Below, one piece after another: positions 1 to 13,419 of a stretch of 64,000 nucleotides of DNA. Below the pieces are notes generated by a model, which did not search any database, had not been told where the DNA came from, and worked only from the letters and a program-made list of their open reading frames with translations. Within the stretch, counting starts at the first letter, position 1, and the number at the start of each line of letters is the position of its first letter. Source of the stretch: Octopus sinensis (Eukaryota); the NCBI RefSeq assembly GCF_006345805.1, contig NC_043004.1, positions 103,602,001-103,666,000 of the forward strand, read 5' to 3'. Position numbers and translations under genes: made by a program.

Positions 1-456
1 GGACCTTATGGAGGGGGTGCCTGAGGACTCTACCCCCATCAACCTCTTAGTAATAGTGGGCGGAGAAGATGGGTGGAGAAGATGGATCCTCTGCACAATA
101 TACTAACTGGAACAATGTGGTCTGAGACTCAGCATATCGGTTGCCCTGTTTGTAGACCGTAGACATGTTATTTAGACTGAAAGAGAAGGCTTGTGGTCAA
201 AGCTGCTCTAACCTTGCCTACCCTGTCTTTTTGTATATCAAGGTTTACAATATCCAGTATATCTTTCCTTTACTTTTTTTTAAGATGGCCTTGTATGACT
301 TGAGAGACATTTGGCTGCTAGTTCTTGCAGCCTGCACAACCATTAAGTGGCTTCTTTATTGGATTGTGAGGATTGGCATTTTGGTTTGGCATGTGATTAG
401 TGGTAGCTGTGGTTGTAAGAGTAGTAAAGATTTAAAAAGCAGATTGAACTTATTCT

Positions 457-672
457 AAGGTGGCAAGCTGACAGAAATGTTAGCACACCAGGTGAAATGC
501 TTAGTGGTATTTCATCTGTCTTTACGTTCTGAGTTCAAATTCTGACAAGGTTGACTTTGCCTTTCATTCTTTCGGGGGCAATAAATTAAATACCAGTTGC
601 TTACTGGGATCGATCTAGTCGACTGGCCCCCTTCCCCCAAATTTCGGCCCTTGTGCCTAGAGTAGATACGAT
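457..672 (+). mobile_element. tRNA-derived SINE family B (MetaSINE-like)
   Basis: Head AAGGTGGCAAGCTGACAGAA and B-box-like GAGTTCAAATT. The core GACTTTGCCTTTCATTCTTTCGGGG..ATAAATTAAATACCAG resembles the Meta domain. Many similar copies occur in the window. Confidence 0.75.
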
Positions 673-954
673 TGAACTATTTTAATAGCTGACTATTTTA
701 ATTCCAGTTGGCTGCCGAGTGGTAAAATATTTTACCATTAAATATATAATACTTGAAATACAGAAACTTTTCAGAAAGATATTTGACAGTGGGGAATTAT
801 TATTATGAAGGATGTTCAACTGCAAAAAAGATATTGTAATATGTAAACTTGAAGTGGTGTTAGAAAAATTGAATGTGAATCTATGTTAAAAAGCAAAATG
901 TACCAAACAAAAAAGAAAATTGTGATGTTTGTTAGTGTTTTAATTGTGTAGTCG

Positions 955-1390
955 TTTGGTTGTGTGGTTAAGAAGTTTGCTCCTCTAGGTTCGGTCTTAC
1001 TGTGTGGTGCTACCTGTGTCATCTCTTGTGAAAGGTAGGAGAGTCCAGTTTGCTGGACATTGTTGTAGAGCTGAAAACGAGGCAATTTCTTCTCTTCTCC
1101 TCTGGAAGCCATCTACTCGCAATACCAGAGGGCGCACACTCTCCTACCCTGATGTAATCTCCAGGGATACAGGCATCCAGCAACAGGACCTCCGTAATGC
1201 TATGATGGACCATGAAGTCTGGCGTAGCATGGTAAATTCCATTGTCTCGACCACGGTTGAACAATGATGATGATGACCTTGGACGAGTGCCTTCTACTAT
1301 GACACTGGGCCAACCAAAGTTTTGTGAGTGGATTTTGTAGATTGGAAACTGAAAGCTCATCCTGTGTGTGTGTGTGTGTGTGTGTGTTGG
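955..1390 (+). mobile_element. SINE family A head/body, interrupted by a LINE fragment
   Basis: TGTGTGGTTAAGAAGTTTGC..GGTTCGGTCTTACTGTGTGG resumes after the insert as CCTTGGACGAGTGCCTTCTACTAT..GGAAACTGAAAG followed by (TG)n, collinear with the intact copy at 1661. Confidence 0.75.
1008..1276 (+). mobile_element. 5'-truncated RTE-like LINE, ORF2 C-terminus plus (TGA)n tail
   Basis: Open frame ...KGRRVQFAGHCCRAENEAISSLLLWKP..RGRTLSYPDVISRD..MMDHEVWRSMV..stop (1265-1267) matches the RTE C-terminal pattern RRLxW/FxGH..GRP..D..W. A (TGA)4 tail follows immediately. Confidence 0.8.
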
Positions 1391-1572
1391 TGGCATGTAA
1401 AAAGTATCCAGTACACTCTGCTAAGTGGTTGGCATTAGGAAGGGCATCCAGCCAGAGAAACCATGCCACAACAGACAATTGGAGTCTGGACAGCTCCCTG
1501 CTAGCCAATTCCATATCAAACCATCCAACCCATGCCAGCAGGGAAATCTGACTTTAAACAATGATGATGATG
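1388..1572 (+). mobile_element. RTE LINE 3' UTR end with (GAT)n tail
   Basis: Reverse complement of the 3' UTR of the RTE at 54661-54840 (GTGGTTGGCATTAGGAAGGGCATCCAGC...CCAACCCATGCCAGCA...GATGATGATG). Confidence 0.8.
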
Positions 1573-1588
1573 ATATATATATATAAAT

Positions 1589-1656
<68 letters not shown>

Positions 1657-1660
1657 TATA

Positions 1661-2058
1661 GGCGCAGGAGTGGCTGTGTGGTAAGTAGCTTGCTAACCAA
1701 CCACATGGTTCCGGGTTCAGTCCCACTGCGTGGCATCTTGGGCAAGTGTCTTCTGCTATAGCCCTGGGCCGACCAATGCCTTGTGAGTGGATTTGGTAGA
1801 CGGAAACTGAAAGAAGCCTGTCGTATATATGTATATGTATATATATGTGTGTCTGTGTTTGTTCCCCTAGCATTGCTTGACAACCGATGGTGGTGTGTTT
1901 ACGTCCCCGTCACTTAGCGGTTCGGCAAAAGAGACTGATAGAATAAGTACTGGGCTTACAAAAGAATAAGTCCTGGGGTCGATTTGCTCGACTAAAGGCG
2001 GTGCTCCAGCATGGCCGCAGTCAAATGACTGAAACAAGTAAAAGAGTAAAGAGTAAGA
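1661..2058 (+). mobile_element. Full-length SINE family A
   Basis: GGCGCAGGAGTGGCTGTGTGG (A box), GGTTCAGTCCC (B box), internal (TA)n/(TG)n and a 3' (GTAAAAGA)n tail. Near-identical copies recur throughout the window. Confidence 0.9.
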
Positions 2059-2574
2059 GTATACACACACACACACACGTTTGTGTCTCCTTGTCTTTAT
2101 ATCATTTATCAGTGGTAAATGAGCATCACCACCACACAAGCAGTGTCATTCATTTCTAATATTCTGTGAAAACATGTCTGACCATGGGTGGGGGGGATAT
2201 TACCTTGCTTGGAAACTGGTAAGGGCTGATGTCAAGGGAGGCATTGAGCTGTAGAATATCTGCTTCAATAAACTCTATCTGATATGCAAGCATGGAAAAA
2301 TGAACATTAAAAATGATGATGATGATTTTAACTCTACAGTGTTGTACATATTTTTGTCATATCCTGTATACATTTTAACTGTAAAGTGAACTTCCTTTCC
2401 GTGCCACACCGTCATTCCTTGTCCTATCCCTTTCCTATGCTAAACTTGTGCCAGCCTGGTGACAGGGACATTTAACTCTGTAATGACAAGGATATTTTGG
2501 TCCAAGAATTGTATAAATAAATAGCATTTGTTCTGTTGTTTTTATTTCCACAAAACCACTTATAAAAGGACTAT

Positions 2575-2751
2575 ACATACATACATACACACACATGTAC
2601 ATACACACACCTATCTTTCTCTTTCTACATATGTACGTTCATATATGTATATGTACACGCACACACACACACATATATATATATACATGTGTGTGTATAT
2701 ATATATATATATGTGTATATATATATATATATATATGTATATACATACATA

Positions 2752-2805
<54 letters not shown>
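2575..2805. repeat. Compound (TA)n/(CA)n/(CATA)n microsatellite
   Basis: Seen directly in the sequence. Confidence 0.95.
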
Positions 2806-2806
<1 letters not shown>

Positions 2807-3523
2807 AAAAGACATAAAAATAAAACAAGATACTGAAGCCAATAAACTGAGCAATCCCATACAAAGCCTAGACTACATTACCAAGACAGCTGTTATTGAA
2901 TATAACACAGACATAATCAGTTTGTTTGTGAGGCTAAATGACCGAGCACTATAATTTAGCATGGTGTTCGCTGGCTTTTCTCTGCAAGTATTTTATTGAA
3001 AATAGTTTTACACTATCAATAATTAGAGAGAGAGAAAAAACAAGAGAAGCAACAACAAAATGTTTGGCATTTGTTGTTTTATTGACTTCTTTAAATTGTT
3101 TGTTTTCCGTCTTCTTTGTTGTTCTCTGTAATTTCTTTGCTTAACATGTTACGACTAAATGTCAGTTGTTGTTAACCTGAGCAGGAGTACAACTGGGACA
3201 ACCGGCCTGAACCTTTTTTTTTTGAGCTTTTAGTGCTTGTGTGTTTTACAGTTTAACAGTGTCTAAGCCTACCTCATAGCTGCTGTCCTTCACACAGACT
3301 GACCCCCCTTTTCATTTTGAACACAGCCAGGAGCTGTTTAACTCTTCTCATACTAACCTGCTTCAGACTGTCTCTGGCTCGAAGTCAGAACCCCCCCCCC
3401 CATTTTAAAGTGATCTAAATCAAAGACTTACATCAAAATTTCACATTAATTATGTCTCAAATACCAGCTTAATGATGACAGTTATTTGACTAAATTTGTC
3501 GTTATTTTTAACAGTAATTTTTA

Positions 3524-3830
3524 GGTGTAGGAGTGGCTGTGTGGTAAGTAGCTTGTTTACAAACCCCATGGTTCCAGGTTCAGTCCCACTGCATGGCACC
3601 TTGGGCAAGCGTCTTCTACTATAGCCTCGAAAACTGAAAGAAGCCTGTCGTATATATATATGCGTGTGTGTGTGTTTGTGTGTCTCTTTGTCCCCCCCCA
3701 ACATCGCTTGACAACCAATGGTGTGTTTACATCCCCGTAATCTAGCGGTTCAGCAAAAAGAGCCCAATAGAATAAGTACTAGGCTTACAAAGAATAAGTC
3801 CTGGGGTTGATTGAAACAATTAAAAGAGTA
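3524..3830 (+). mobile_element. SINE family A with internal deletions
   Basis: Same head and tail as 1661-2058, with two segments missing. Confidence 0.8.
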
Positions 3831-4559
3831 ATAGGAATGAAAGCTGAATACGGAAACGAAAGGGCCAAGTCTGATGTATGGAATTGCAATGACAACCACG
3901 AATGGTGCCATGGTTATTACTGGTGATGATGTTATCTTGATCTCTATGATTGCATAGATCTACAGCATGGACAACGGGGTTGGTTCCACAGAACTAAAAC
4001 CTTATGTATAATATGGCTCTACCTGTTGTGGACCATATTGCACACCCAATATGCAATGTAGGAATCTGTTTTCATTGCATTTCTCTAATGACCAGCCTGT
4101 CCATATATGTTTTGGTGGTGGTCATGGTAGAGGTGTGCATGGTGGACTTGATCAGAAAATTTACCTCTGGCAGCAAGTGATAGCCACCACACATAGGGTT
4201 CAGTTCTTGTTGCAGTGTGGTGGTTTGTTTACCTCAATGACCCTTAAGACCAGCATTGCACCCACTCTGGGGCCCAACAACCCTATTTAGAAAAATGCAA
4301 AGTTACTGAAGCATCAATGACAATTAAAAACCAACAAAACCTGGGAGAAAAGGCAGCCCTCAATTGAGAACAGTGGCAGAAAAGTCTTTGATTGCCCTAT
4401 ACTCCCTAAGGAACGAATGGCTTCAATAAATAACTAGTGAGTAATATATCTATCCCATTTTAAGATTTGTGAGAGATTTGATTATTTCTAATAGGATAAG
4501 TGACCACATACATGCTTCGTTGTTTGCGATGTGAATAGTTGAAAGTGTTCTTCAGTTTA

Positions 4560-4980
4560 ACAATTCCTTGAAACTGTTTCCAGTGAATGTTTATGATTTT
4601 GTCAGTTCCTGGGGTTTTCCAATATTCGTATTTTCATATTTTTACTAGTCTGTTAGACAGGAGGAATAGGTCGAGTGAAAGATGTATATCACTTATTTTG
4701 TGTTCGTGTTGGGGTGGTGTTTTTCAGTGACCGATGTTGGAAAACTGTTTGATAAGGGAGTTGCTTGTGTGTCATTAGGTTGTTTAAAGTTATTACTGCA
4801 ACTTGTGATGTGGTATTTCACTGTTTGTTCTGTGGTGATATTGGAATGTTGGCCAGTTGTCTGGGTTTCCTTTTATTTGTTTTGTTTCCTTGTTTAGTTT
4901 CTTCATGTTGATTAAAAAATTTTTTTTTATTTGACGAGTTCCTGCTTTTGTGGGTTGTGTTTTGATTGTTTGTACAAGTC
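4560..4980 (-). pseudogene. Degenerate LINE ORF2 relic (pre-RT region)
   Basis: Minus-strand translation includes KTPGTDKIINIHWKQ, similar to the conserved K(A/S)PGPDGI motif upstream of non-LTR RT domains. Many stop codons. Confidence 0.45.
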
Positions 4981-5062
4981 GAGGGAGCTTTTATCAGTCA
5001 TTTAACAAGCTAGAAATAACAGCTAAATCATCTTCAAGGCATATCTTATTCCATGAAAAATC

Positions 5063-5375
5063 ACCATCATCATCGTCGTTTAATGTCCGCTTTCCATGCT
5101 GGCATGGGTTGGACTGTTTGACTGAGGACTGGCAAGCTAGAAGGCTGCACCAGGCACCAATCTAATTTAGCAAAGTTTCTACTGCTGGATGGCCTTCCTA
5201 ATGCCAACCACTCTGAGAGTGTAGTGGCTGCTTTTTACGTGCCACCAGCACAAGGGCCAGTCAGGTGGTACTGACATTGACCATGCTCGAATGGTGCTTT
5301 TTACATGCCACTGGCATGGGAGCCAGTCAGGCGGCATTGGCAATGACCACATTCGAATGGTACTTTTTATGTGCC
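5063..5375 (-). mobile_element. RTE 3' UTR fragment
   Basis: CATCATCATCGTCGTTTAATGTCCGCTTTCCATGCTGGCATGGGTTGG.. plus the internal GGTGCTTTTTACGTGCCACC repeats, as at 54661-55000. Confidence 0.85.
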
Positions 5376-5577
5376 TCGTAAAGGTTTTTATGTAGCCCTT
5401 GGTCAGGCTTGCTCAAGCAGATCTATCTGAGGTACCTAAGTAGTCTGCTGGATGATTGTGTGTGATCTATAAATCTGAAGCACTGGATATACCATACCTC
5501 TGACTAGTAGTGGTTAATCATATGAGGTACAGCGTTGAGTTTGGACTTGTACTTTCACTACCATCCAGGATGTTTTT

Positions 5578-6102
5578 GCATCATCATCCTCCTCCACTCT
5601 TTCATGCTTGCATAGGTCAGATGGAATTTGGTTGAGACAAATTTTCTATGGCTGGATGCCGTTTCTGTACTGAATCTTCACTTGTTTCCAGGCAGATAAT
5701 GCTTTCTACGACCAGACACATTTTTCACAGAAGGTTGGAAACAAACGCCTCTTGTACGACAGTGATGCTCATTTACAACTATCACGTGATGTGATGACAG
5801 GGGCACACACACACACACCACACACACACACATACATGCACAAGCTCACACACGCGCATACACACATACGCATGCACACACATACACATACATGCGCACA
5901 CACACACACACACGCTCACTCACACACAAACATATGTACAGATGATGGTCTTTTTCTTTCTGTCTACCGAACCTACTAGGCTTTTAGTTGCTCTGGGGCT
6001 ATAGTAGGAGACGTTTGCTCGAGGGGCTACACAGTAGGATTGAACCTGGAACAGAGTCTTTTGGGACGCACACTTCCTAACCACACAGCTATCCTTGTGC
6101 TT
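5578..6102 (-). mobile_element. Older SINE with family-A-like head and RTE-like tail
   Basis: tRNA-like head near 6100, (CA)n hinge at 5805-5930, and a tail with GGCTGGATGCC..CATGCTTGCAT..(CAT)n. Similar copies at 2090-2330, 17860-18260 and 44395-44610. Confidence 0.6.
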
Positions 6103-6900
6103 GTATATATGGTTATAGAATTTCCCTGTGTCCACAAAGGAGGCCGCCAAGTTGAACTCAGTGTAGTCATGACAGCTGTTGCTTTTCACTGTTAATTATT
6201 GTTTTTTCTGTTTTTTTCTGAGCAGTTGTTTGGAGTCAATGATACAATTGCTGTTATGTTTTTTTTTTTTTGTTTTACTTACTTTAGTCATTAGGCTGCA
6301 TCCGTGCTGGGGACATTGACTTAGATTTTGTACTTGAACATATTGACCCCTGTACTTATTTTTAAGTACTTATTATTCTATCAGTTCTTCTATGAGTTAT
6401 TTACTTAATCTATCAGTTTCTTTTGCTGAACTATTAAAGTTATGGGGACATAAACAAACCAACACTGGTTGTCGCTCATACACACAAGCACAAACATACT
6501 CACCTATTTTTTACTTGTTTCAGTCATTTGATTGCGGCCATGCTGGAGCACCATCTTGGAGGGTTTTTTTTTATCAAACAAATCAACTCCAAGACTTATT
6601 TCTTAGGTCTAGTTCTTATTCCATTGGTCTCTTGCTTCTGCTAAGTTACGAGGATGTAAACACACCAACACCGGTTGTCAAGCAGTGAAGGGGGACAAAA
6701 CAGACACAGTCACATGCACATAGATACACACACACACACACACATATATACAGTGGGTTTCTTTCAATTTCTGTCTACCAAATCCACTTACAAGGCTTTG
6801 GTTAACCCAAAGCTATAATGGAAGACACTTGCCCAAGGTGCCATGCTGTGGGACTGAGCCCGGAACCTTCAAGCTTCTTACCACACATCTGCGTCTGTGT

Positions 6901-6933
<33 letters not shown>

Positions 6934-7019
6934 CATGACAAGCTTCCATACAATTTCCACCTACCGAATTCATTTACAAGGCTTTGGTCGGCTGACTGAG
7001 TGTGAAAGATAATGTTTTT

Positions 7020-8130
7020 AAGAAGCTCTCCTGAGGCATTGTGTATGTATCTTTATTCAGAATTGGTCCTGCATTTAATGGCAGGACTGTGAGAGCAGGA
7101 GTTTGTTACAGCCAGAATCTGTACATCTCACAGTGTTCAGATAGTCTTTCATTTTTGTTTCATTGAGCAAGTAGTCTTTGGGTGTGGTCTGTATGAATCC
7201 TGTGAAGTATTCTGGTTTGTATCTTTTATAGAATAGGATTTGTTGAGGAGGGATTAAGAGCAGAGACAGAACTAGCATAATCCATGATGGATCTGAAAAG
7301 TTAAAGCTTTTTAATGCAGTGAGGAGGATGAAAGAAGAATGAGAAATAGTTGTTATATATAATTCAACAATTCTTTCCATTTGTTCTTTCAAAAAGTGAT
7401 TACTGAATGTAATTCAATAGATTTACATAGCAAAAGATTGAATGTTCTTTTTTTAAAATTTGTGTGAGAGAGAGAGAGATAGGTAAATGGCTGTATTTTA
7501 TGAAGTCATGTAGCTGTAGTCACATAGGGAAGATTATAATGATGGCAGCATAGGAATGTTTTGTTTGTTTGAGTTGAAGATGAGAGAAAAATAATTTGAG
7601 ATCTTGTTCAATGCGATTTGTGTGACAGCATGTTCAAAGGCAGCCATCTCTGTCAGAAAGAAAGCAATCGAGATGGCTTCTTTAATGCTATCTTTTTAAG
7701 TGATATATTAGAAGATGTACGTTTCTATAAAAGTGAAAAATATTTCAGAGTTGAGAGATTGTCTTATATAACATTGTGTCCAGCTGCAACTAAAATGGAC
7801 TCTAATCAAATTTGAAATCCAGGGTTTATAAAACCTCATATAAAATTTAAAAAATCCTTTAGAAAGTTCTATTGGTAATTTTCACTTGGACATCACTTGT
7901 GTCCACCTTCAAATGTGATTGTCCGCAATATATGCCTGCAGGTGGGTTGATCTTCTGCATGGATGTTGTGTCACTAGCTGTTGGCAAACATTACCAAATT
8001 TGGTAAGATTTTTCAAACAAAGATTCAGAAAATCTGAGATTGAATCCAGAAAGCAATCTGTTGTTGATCTGTTGTATTGATTATGCTTGAAAGACATTGT
8101 TTTCATGCAGTGATCAATTGTATTGTTTCT
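7020..8130 (-). pseudogene. Highly degenerate LINE RT relic (possibly Jockey/I-like)
   Basis: A-rich minus strand with broken frames and weak resemblance to the post-RT region (..KIHTQCLRRA). No intact motif. Confidence 0.3.
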
Positions 8131-8236
8131 GTATCCTCTAATTATAGATGTGCACCATTTTTTCATTATATCTTTTATATGTGCTGTGAATGTTGTTGTG
8201 GTGTAATTTTTAGTATTTTGCCTTGTGTGAATCTGT

Positions 8237-8670
8237 TCATCATCGTTTAACGTCCACTTTCCATGCTAGCATGGGTTGGACAATTTGACTGAGGAATGGC
8301 AAACCAGATGGCTGCACCAGGCTCCAATCTGATCTGGCGGAGTTTCTACAGCTGGATGCCCTTCCTAACGCCAACCACTCCGAGAGAGTAGTGGGTGCTT
8401 TTACATGCCACCAGCACAAGGGAAAGTCAGGCGGTACTGGCAATGGCCATGCTCAAATGGTGTTTTTTATGTGCCACCTGCACAGGAGCCAGTCCAGCTG
8501 TGCACTGGCAACGACCTCGCTCGAATGTTTTTTTCATGTGCCAGTAAGGCAATGGTGCTTTTTACGTGCCACCGGTACGGAAGCCAGTTAGCTGCTCTGG
8601 CAACAATCATGCTCAGATGGTGCTCTTAGCGCTCCACTGGCACGGATGCCAGTTATCGAATTTGATTTCA
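8237..8670 (-). mobile_element. RTE 3' UTR fragment
   Basis: Collinear with 54661-55040, including the tandem GGTGCTTTTTACGTGCCACC units. Confidence 0.85.
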
Positions 8671-9467
8671 TTGTTTTTTGAATGTGCTGACTAAATAATT
8701 GAATGTGTAATTGATGCTACTGATAAGTCGTGCAGTGGATTTAGTGGGTATTACTCTTTGTTTTAAAGCTCAGTGCATTAAAGCTAAGAGCAGCTGAATT
8801 TGGTGAATAGTGGGCAGTAAGGGCAATGTCATCTGCATCTGAGATGTGGCAGAGCTTAAAATGAGTGTCTGAGCGGGGATACTCAATATTTGGGCTGTGA
8901 ACCATTTAATACCAGGTCATGCAGAAAGGATAAATTTCTAAATTTTATTTCATTTTACTATCACAGTCTGCAGGGTGTTTCTGCATTCTATATGTTTTAT
9001 ATATGTCATACATATCTATATACATATATATGTAATAATTTATATATCATGTACTTTATTGTTTTGTCATGCACATAACTTGGTCTGTAGGAAAAGTTGT
9101 CTCTCATGAAATTGGTCTACAGTAAAAAAAGAGGTTGGGTCTCTATGGGTCAGTCTGGAATGATTCAAACTCTAAGTGTTGTATACTACATAGGCTTGGC
9201 GACCTAAGAGGTAGTTAACCAATGTTTTATACTTTCTTGGGGTACTGGGTATTTTGTGTTGAAGTGGGTAACACCAACAAGGAGAATTTTATGTTAATAT
9301 ATGACCATCTAAGTTAGTCATGGGCAAATTGCAGCTCAAAAGACTTTTCTGAGTGGCACAACCAATAAAAGATTTCTTGGAATGATTTTAGTAGTGCAGC
9401 CTGTCTGATGATGAGCGATGTCTTGTGGCCTGCTTCTTGAAAAATGTTGCCCTCACCTGTGCTAGAT

Positions 9468-9678
9468 AATCCTTTCTTTTAAAAGCACAGGGTCTGAAAT
9501 TTTAGGGGAAGGAGTTGGTTGATTGCCTTGATCCCTGTACTCAGCCGGTACTTATTTCATTAACCTTGAAAGGATGAAAGGCGAAGTTGACCTTGGAATT
9601 TGAACTCAGAATGTAAGGACAAAATACCGCTGCACATTTTGTCTATCGTGCTAATGACTGTGGCAGCACATTGCCTTA
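9468..9678 (-). mobile_element. SINE family B (MetaSINE-like)
   Basis: GGTACTTATTTCATTAACCTTGAAAGGATGAAAGGCGAAGTTGACC..TTTGAACTCAGAA. Confidence 0.75.
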
Positions 9679-10370
9679 ATACCTGTGCTAGAGAACACAG
9701 CCAAGTCTCCCTCAAGCTTCCCCATACAAACTTAAAAATGAATGAATATATGAGGTAATGTTGATGGTAGTTTTGTAATGATACTAGTCATGTTGCTGGT
9801 GTTGTTTAGCCCCGGGTCAGTCCTAATAGATTAAACTGACCTATGATGAAAGGCATTCCAGCCATAACCATCCCATCTGTTGCTCAAGTATTATCAGTGT
9901 CCTTTTATTTTCGAGATGGTTGAGTGTAACTCATGGTAGATTTGGCTGATATTTTCAGCAGATCAGCTGACCACTTCAAGAGGCTTCCTTATTAGCTTTA
10001 TGGCACTGTTGTCATCGGTGGTGTCATGTCATGTGGTGGTGGTGGTGGTGGTGTTGGTGGTGCTTGGTTGGTCTTGGTGGTGCTACGTGGTACTTTGACC
10101 AAGTTTCAGGAAGACATTAGGTTCAGTTTTCATTAACCAAACAAGCAAACAAACACCTGATCACAATCATAAAATATATTTCATTGAACTTCCTTAGCTG
10201 GTTGCCTTCATACATGCCTGTGTGCGTGCATGTGTACTGCATTCGTGTGTGTGTGTGTGATCGTGTAGGTGTAGGTCAATAATTAAGTGCACTTTCCTGC
10301 TACCTGTCCACTCGTTGACCCTGACTTCTCTCAGAACAAGTTCATATTTCCATACAATCCATATACGTAC

Positions 10371-10402
<32 letters not shown>

Positions 10403-10712
10403 ACATATATATTGCCTGGGTCTGTTTCAATATGTTCCATCAATACATGATAAAGGTTGGATTTTGTTGTTGTTGTTGGTAATGATGATGGGTGGTTGAG
10501 GGTGGAGACTTGTCTTTTCTTTTTCTTCTCGTTTGTTTGTTTTTACTCTGCCGTCCCCACCCACCCAGAGAACCTGCTAGGCTGGCCTATCTACCCCCAG
10601 CTGTCGCCAGTGGGTGCAATTATTTCCAATTCTCTTTTGTACTTTGTGTTTTATTTTTGTGTCAGGAATGTGTGGACTTTATTAGTGGTCCAGGTTCATT
10701 GAGTGCAGAATA

Positions 10713-10794
<82 letters not shown>

Positions 10795-10807
10795 ACACAC
10801 ACCACAC

Positions 10808-10874
<67 letters not shown>

Positions 10875-10972
10875 TATGTGTATATGTATATACACACAGT
10901 CACACACTTGTTAATGTTTATCACTATCTATCAGACACAGCCCTTTGTGTGTGTGTATATATATATATATAA
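10713..10972. repeat. Compound (TA)n(CA)n microsatellite with a repeated higher-order unit
   Basis: The unit (TA)n-(CA)n-TATGTG is repeated three times. Confidence 0.9.
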
Positions 10973-13419
10973 GTATATATGTGGACATTCACATGTCCTC
11001 ATATATACTCCAATCAAACTCCATACGAAGCAACTCACTACAGGTTTTAAATAAATAGCCACAAACAAATATAGAAACACGTGTGTCCACACACACACAC
11101 ACACTGGATGAGTGCCTATGTTTACCTTTATATGTATGTGCTTATGTGTTAACTGTCTCTGTTTTTACAGTACAATACACATATGCACGCGTACATATTT
11201 TCATGTGTGCATACATTTGCGTGTGTATGTGTGTGTGTGTATGGACCCCCCTAATCTTTTCTTTTCGAGGAAGAAGACCTGAAAAAACAATGGCATTTCC
11301 ACCCCCCAAACTAAATAAAATAAAATGTTTTTGTGCTCTCCTTTCTACCACCAGTGTACAATGTAGTAATATGTACAGTTTGTATGCCCTGTTTTATTTA
11401 ATTACCATCTCTAATTAGTAGACTTTATATTTAGCTAGCTCGTTACTTAGCTAACTAGAAACCGTTAGCAGTTGTAATATTAACAGTACATAGGACAGCA
11501 ATGTATTTCAACAAAGTTTAACGTTGCATGAGTTTTCTCAAACGGTGTTAATTAAAACAAATCCATAAATTATCTGAATCTGTAGTTATAATTTGCAGAA
11601 GATCTTATAATTAATTAATTAGCAATAACTAATATTATGATGATTTGTAACTCTAGCACAAGGCCATACATTTTGGAGAGTGAACAGTCAATTAAGTCAG
11701 ACCTTACTACTTTGCTGGCACTTATCTTAGCAATCCCACAAGAATGGAAGCTAAATGAGTCTGGCAGGATTTGAAATGAAAACATAGAATGCCACTAAAT
11801 ACCTCAAGATATTTAGAAGAATATTCTACAGATTCTGTTAATTCTTGTCCTTATAAGGTTTCTGATATAGGCACAAAGTTTGAAATTTGGGTGAGGAGCT
11901 TAGTCTTTTTTTTTTTTTTTAAATCCTTTTCGTACATGTTACAGTCAGTGGACTGCGGCCACACTGGAGCACCGCTTTGAGGAATTTTAGCTGAAATAAT
12001 CGACTCCATTTCTTATTTCCTTTTATTTCCTTGTACTTGCTCTATTGGTCACTTTTGCCAAACCACTAAGTTACAGGGACATAAACACACCAACACACAA
12101 ATACATACCTATATATATAAAACAGTCTTCTTTCAGTTTCCATCTACCAAATCCACCCACAAAGCTTTGGTTGACCCAAGGCTATAGTAGAAGACACTTG
12201 CTCAAGGTGACACATAGTGGGGGAACCATATGCTTAGGAAGAAAAACTTCTTACCACATAGCCATACCCACACCTCACCTTCATTCCCAGTGTATGACTG
12301 GGTATTTTATTTTATTAAACCTGAAGAGATAAAAAGTAATGTTGATTTTGGCATGATTTGAACCCAGAATATTGAGAGCTGGAAGAAAAAGCACATTTTT
12401 CTAGCACTCTAACGAGTTTACCAGCTAATTTCTTTTATTTTTGACGAGGGTAATGGATCAATTGAATATTGTAGGTATGTTATAAAAATTATCGGAGTTT
12501 ACACAGAACTGACTGGAAAAATAGAAATGGAAAACAAAAGTACACAACATGGGATGTCCCAATAAGGGTATATGTTGTGCCTCTTGTGTACTTTTGTCGA
12601 AGAATCTTATGCCAAAGAACTCCACAGATTCAGAATGACCCTTACTCTCAAGGGGAAATGTTCTCTGATTTAATGATGTGGACTAAATGCAGTTCCATTC
12701 ATTTAGGCCATTCTTACCTCTCACATGCACCTCCCAATAAATTTAATGAAGGGCAACATCTTCTTGTCCAAGTGGAACTTTAAAAGCTTGATGAGGACAA
12801 GGCCAAAGAAGATAATGTCTCTTCAGAACTCTCAATCTTGTTCATCATGTGGTCACTTTTGCTTGCTGTTCCTACCCAATAGTGGGTAGCATGGTTGCAC
12901 TCACAGTAGATTTAGCTGATAACTCGATCTGTCCTACATGTGACAACAGTTGTTTCATAATGAAATAGTAATAATGGTAGTAGTTGCAGTAGCAGCAATA
13001 ATGACGGACTCTCCTGTCAAAGACAACATATCATTGTTCAGTTTTCTTGCCAAATGACCTGCACAAATGATTAGTTTATGGTGGTCAAATGTATGTCCTG
13101 TACATTAGTTCGCTTACTCCATCAAATTGACGTTACCTTAGCAGGTGCATGGTGTACCATGTGTCAGGTGTTGAAGTGATTGCTGAGCAATGCGAGATGA
13201 AGTGTTTTGCTCAAGAACACCACACACCAGCTGGTCTGGGAATTGAAACCATGATTTCAGAATTGTGAATGCAACACCTTAACCACTAGGCCGTGTACCC
13301 TTGCTGTAACAATAATAATGATAATAATAATAATAATAATAACAATAATAATGATGATAATAATAATAATAATAACTAATAATATAAATACAAGGGTCCA
13401 CAAATGGAAATGGAAAGTA

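Noticed and set aside
1661-1735. tRNA-like sequences with A and B boxes
   Set aside because: They are SINE heads continuous with SINE bodies; no full cloverleaf is evident.
1421-2139. Recurrent peptides such as FQSFDCGHAGAPPL and [19 protein letters not shown] that look like a gene family
   Set aside because: They are frames of the non-coding SINE family A.
2528-2954. Numerous [12 protein letters not shown] ORFs here and elsewhere
   Set aside because: Translations of (TA)n and (CA)n microsatellites.
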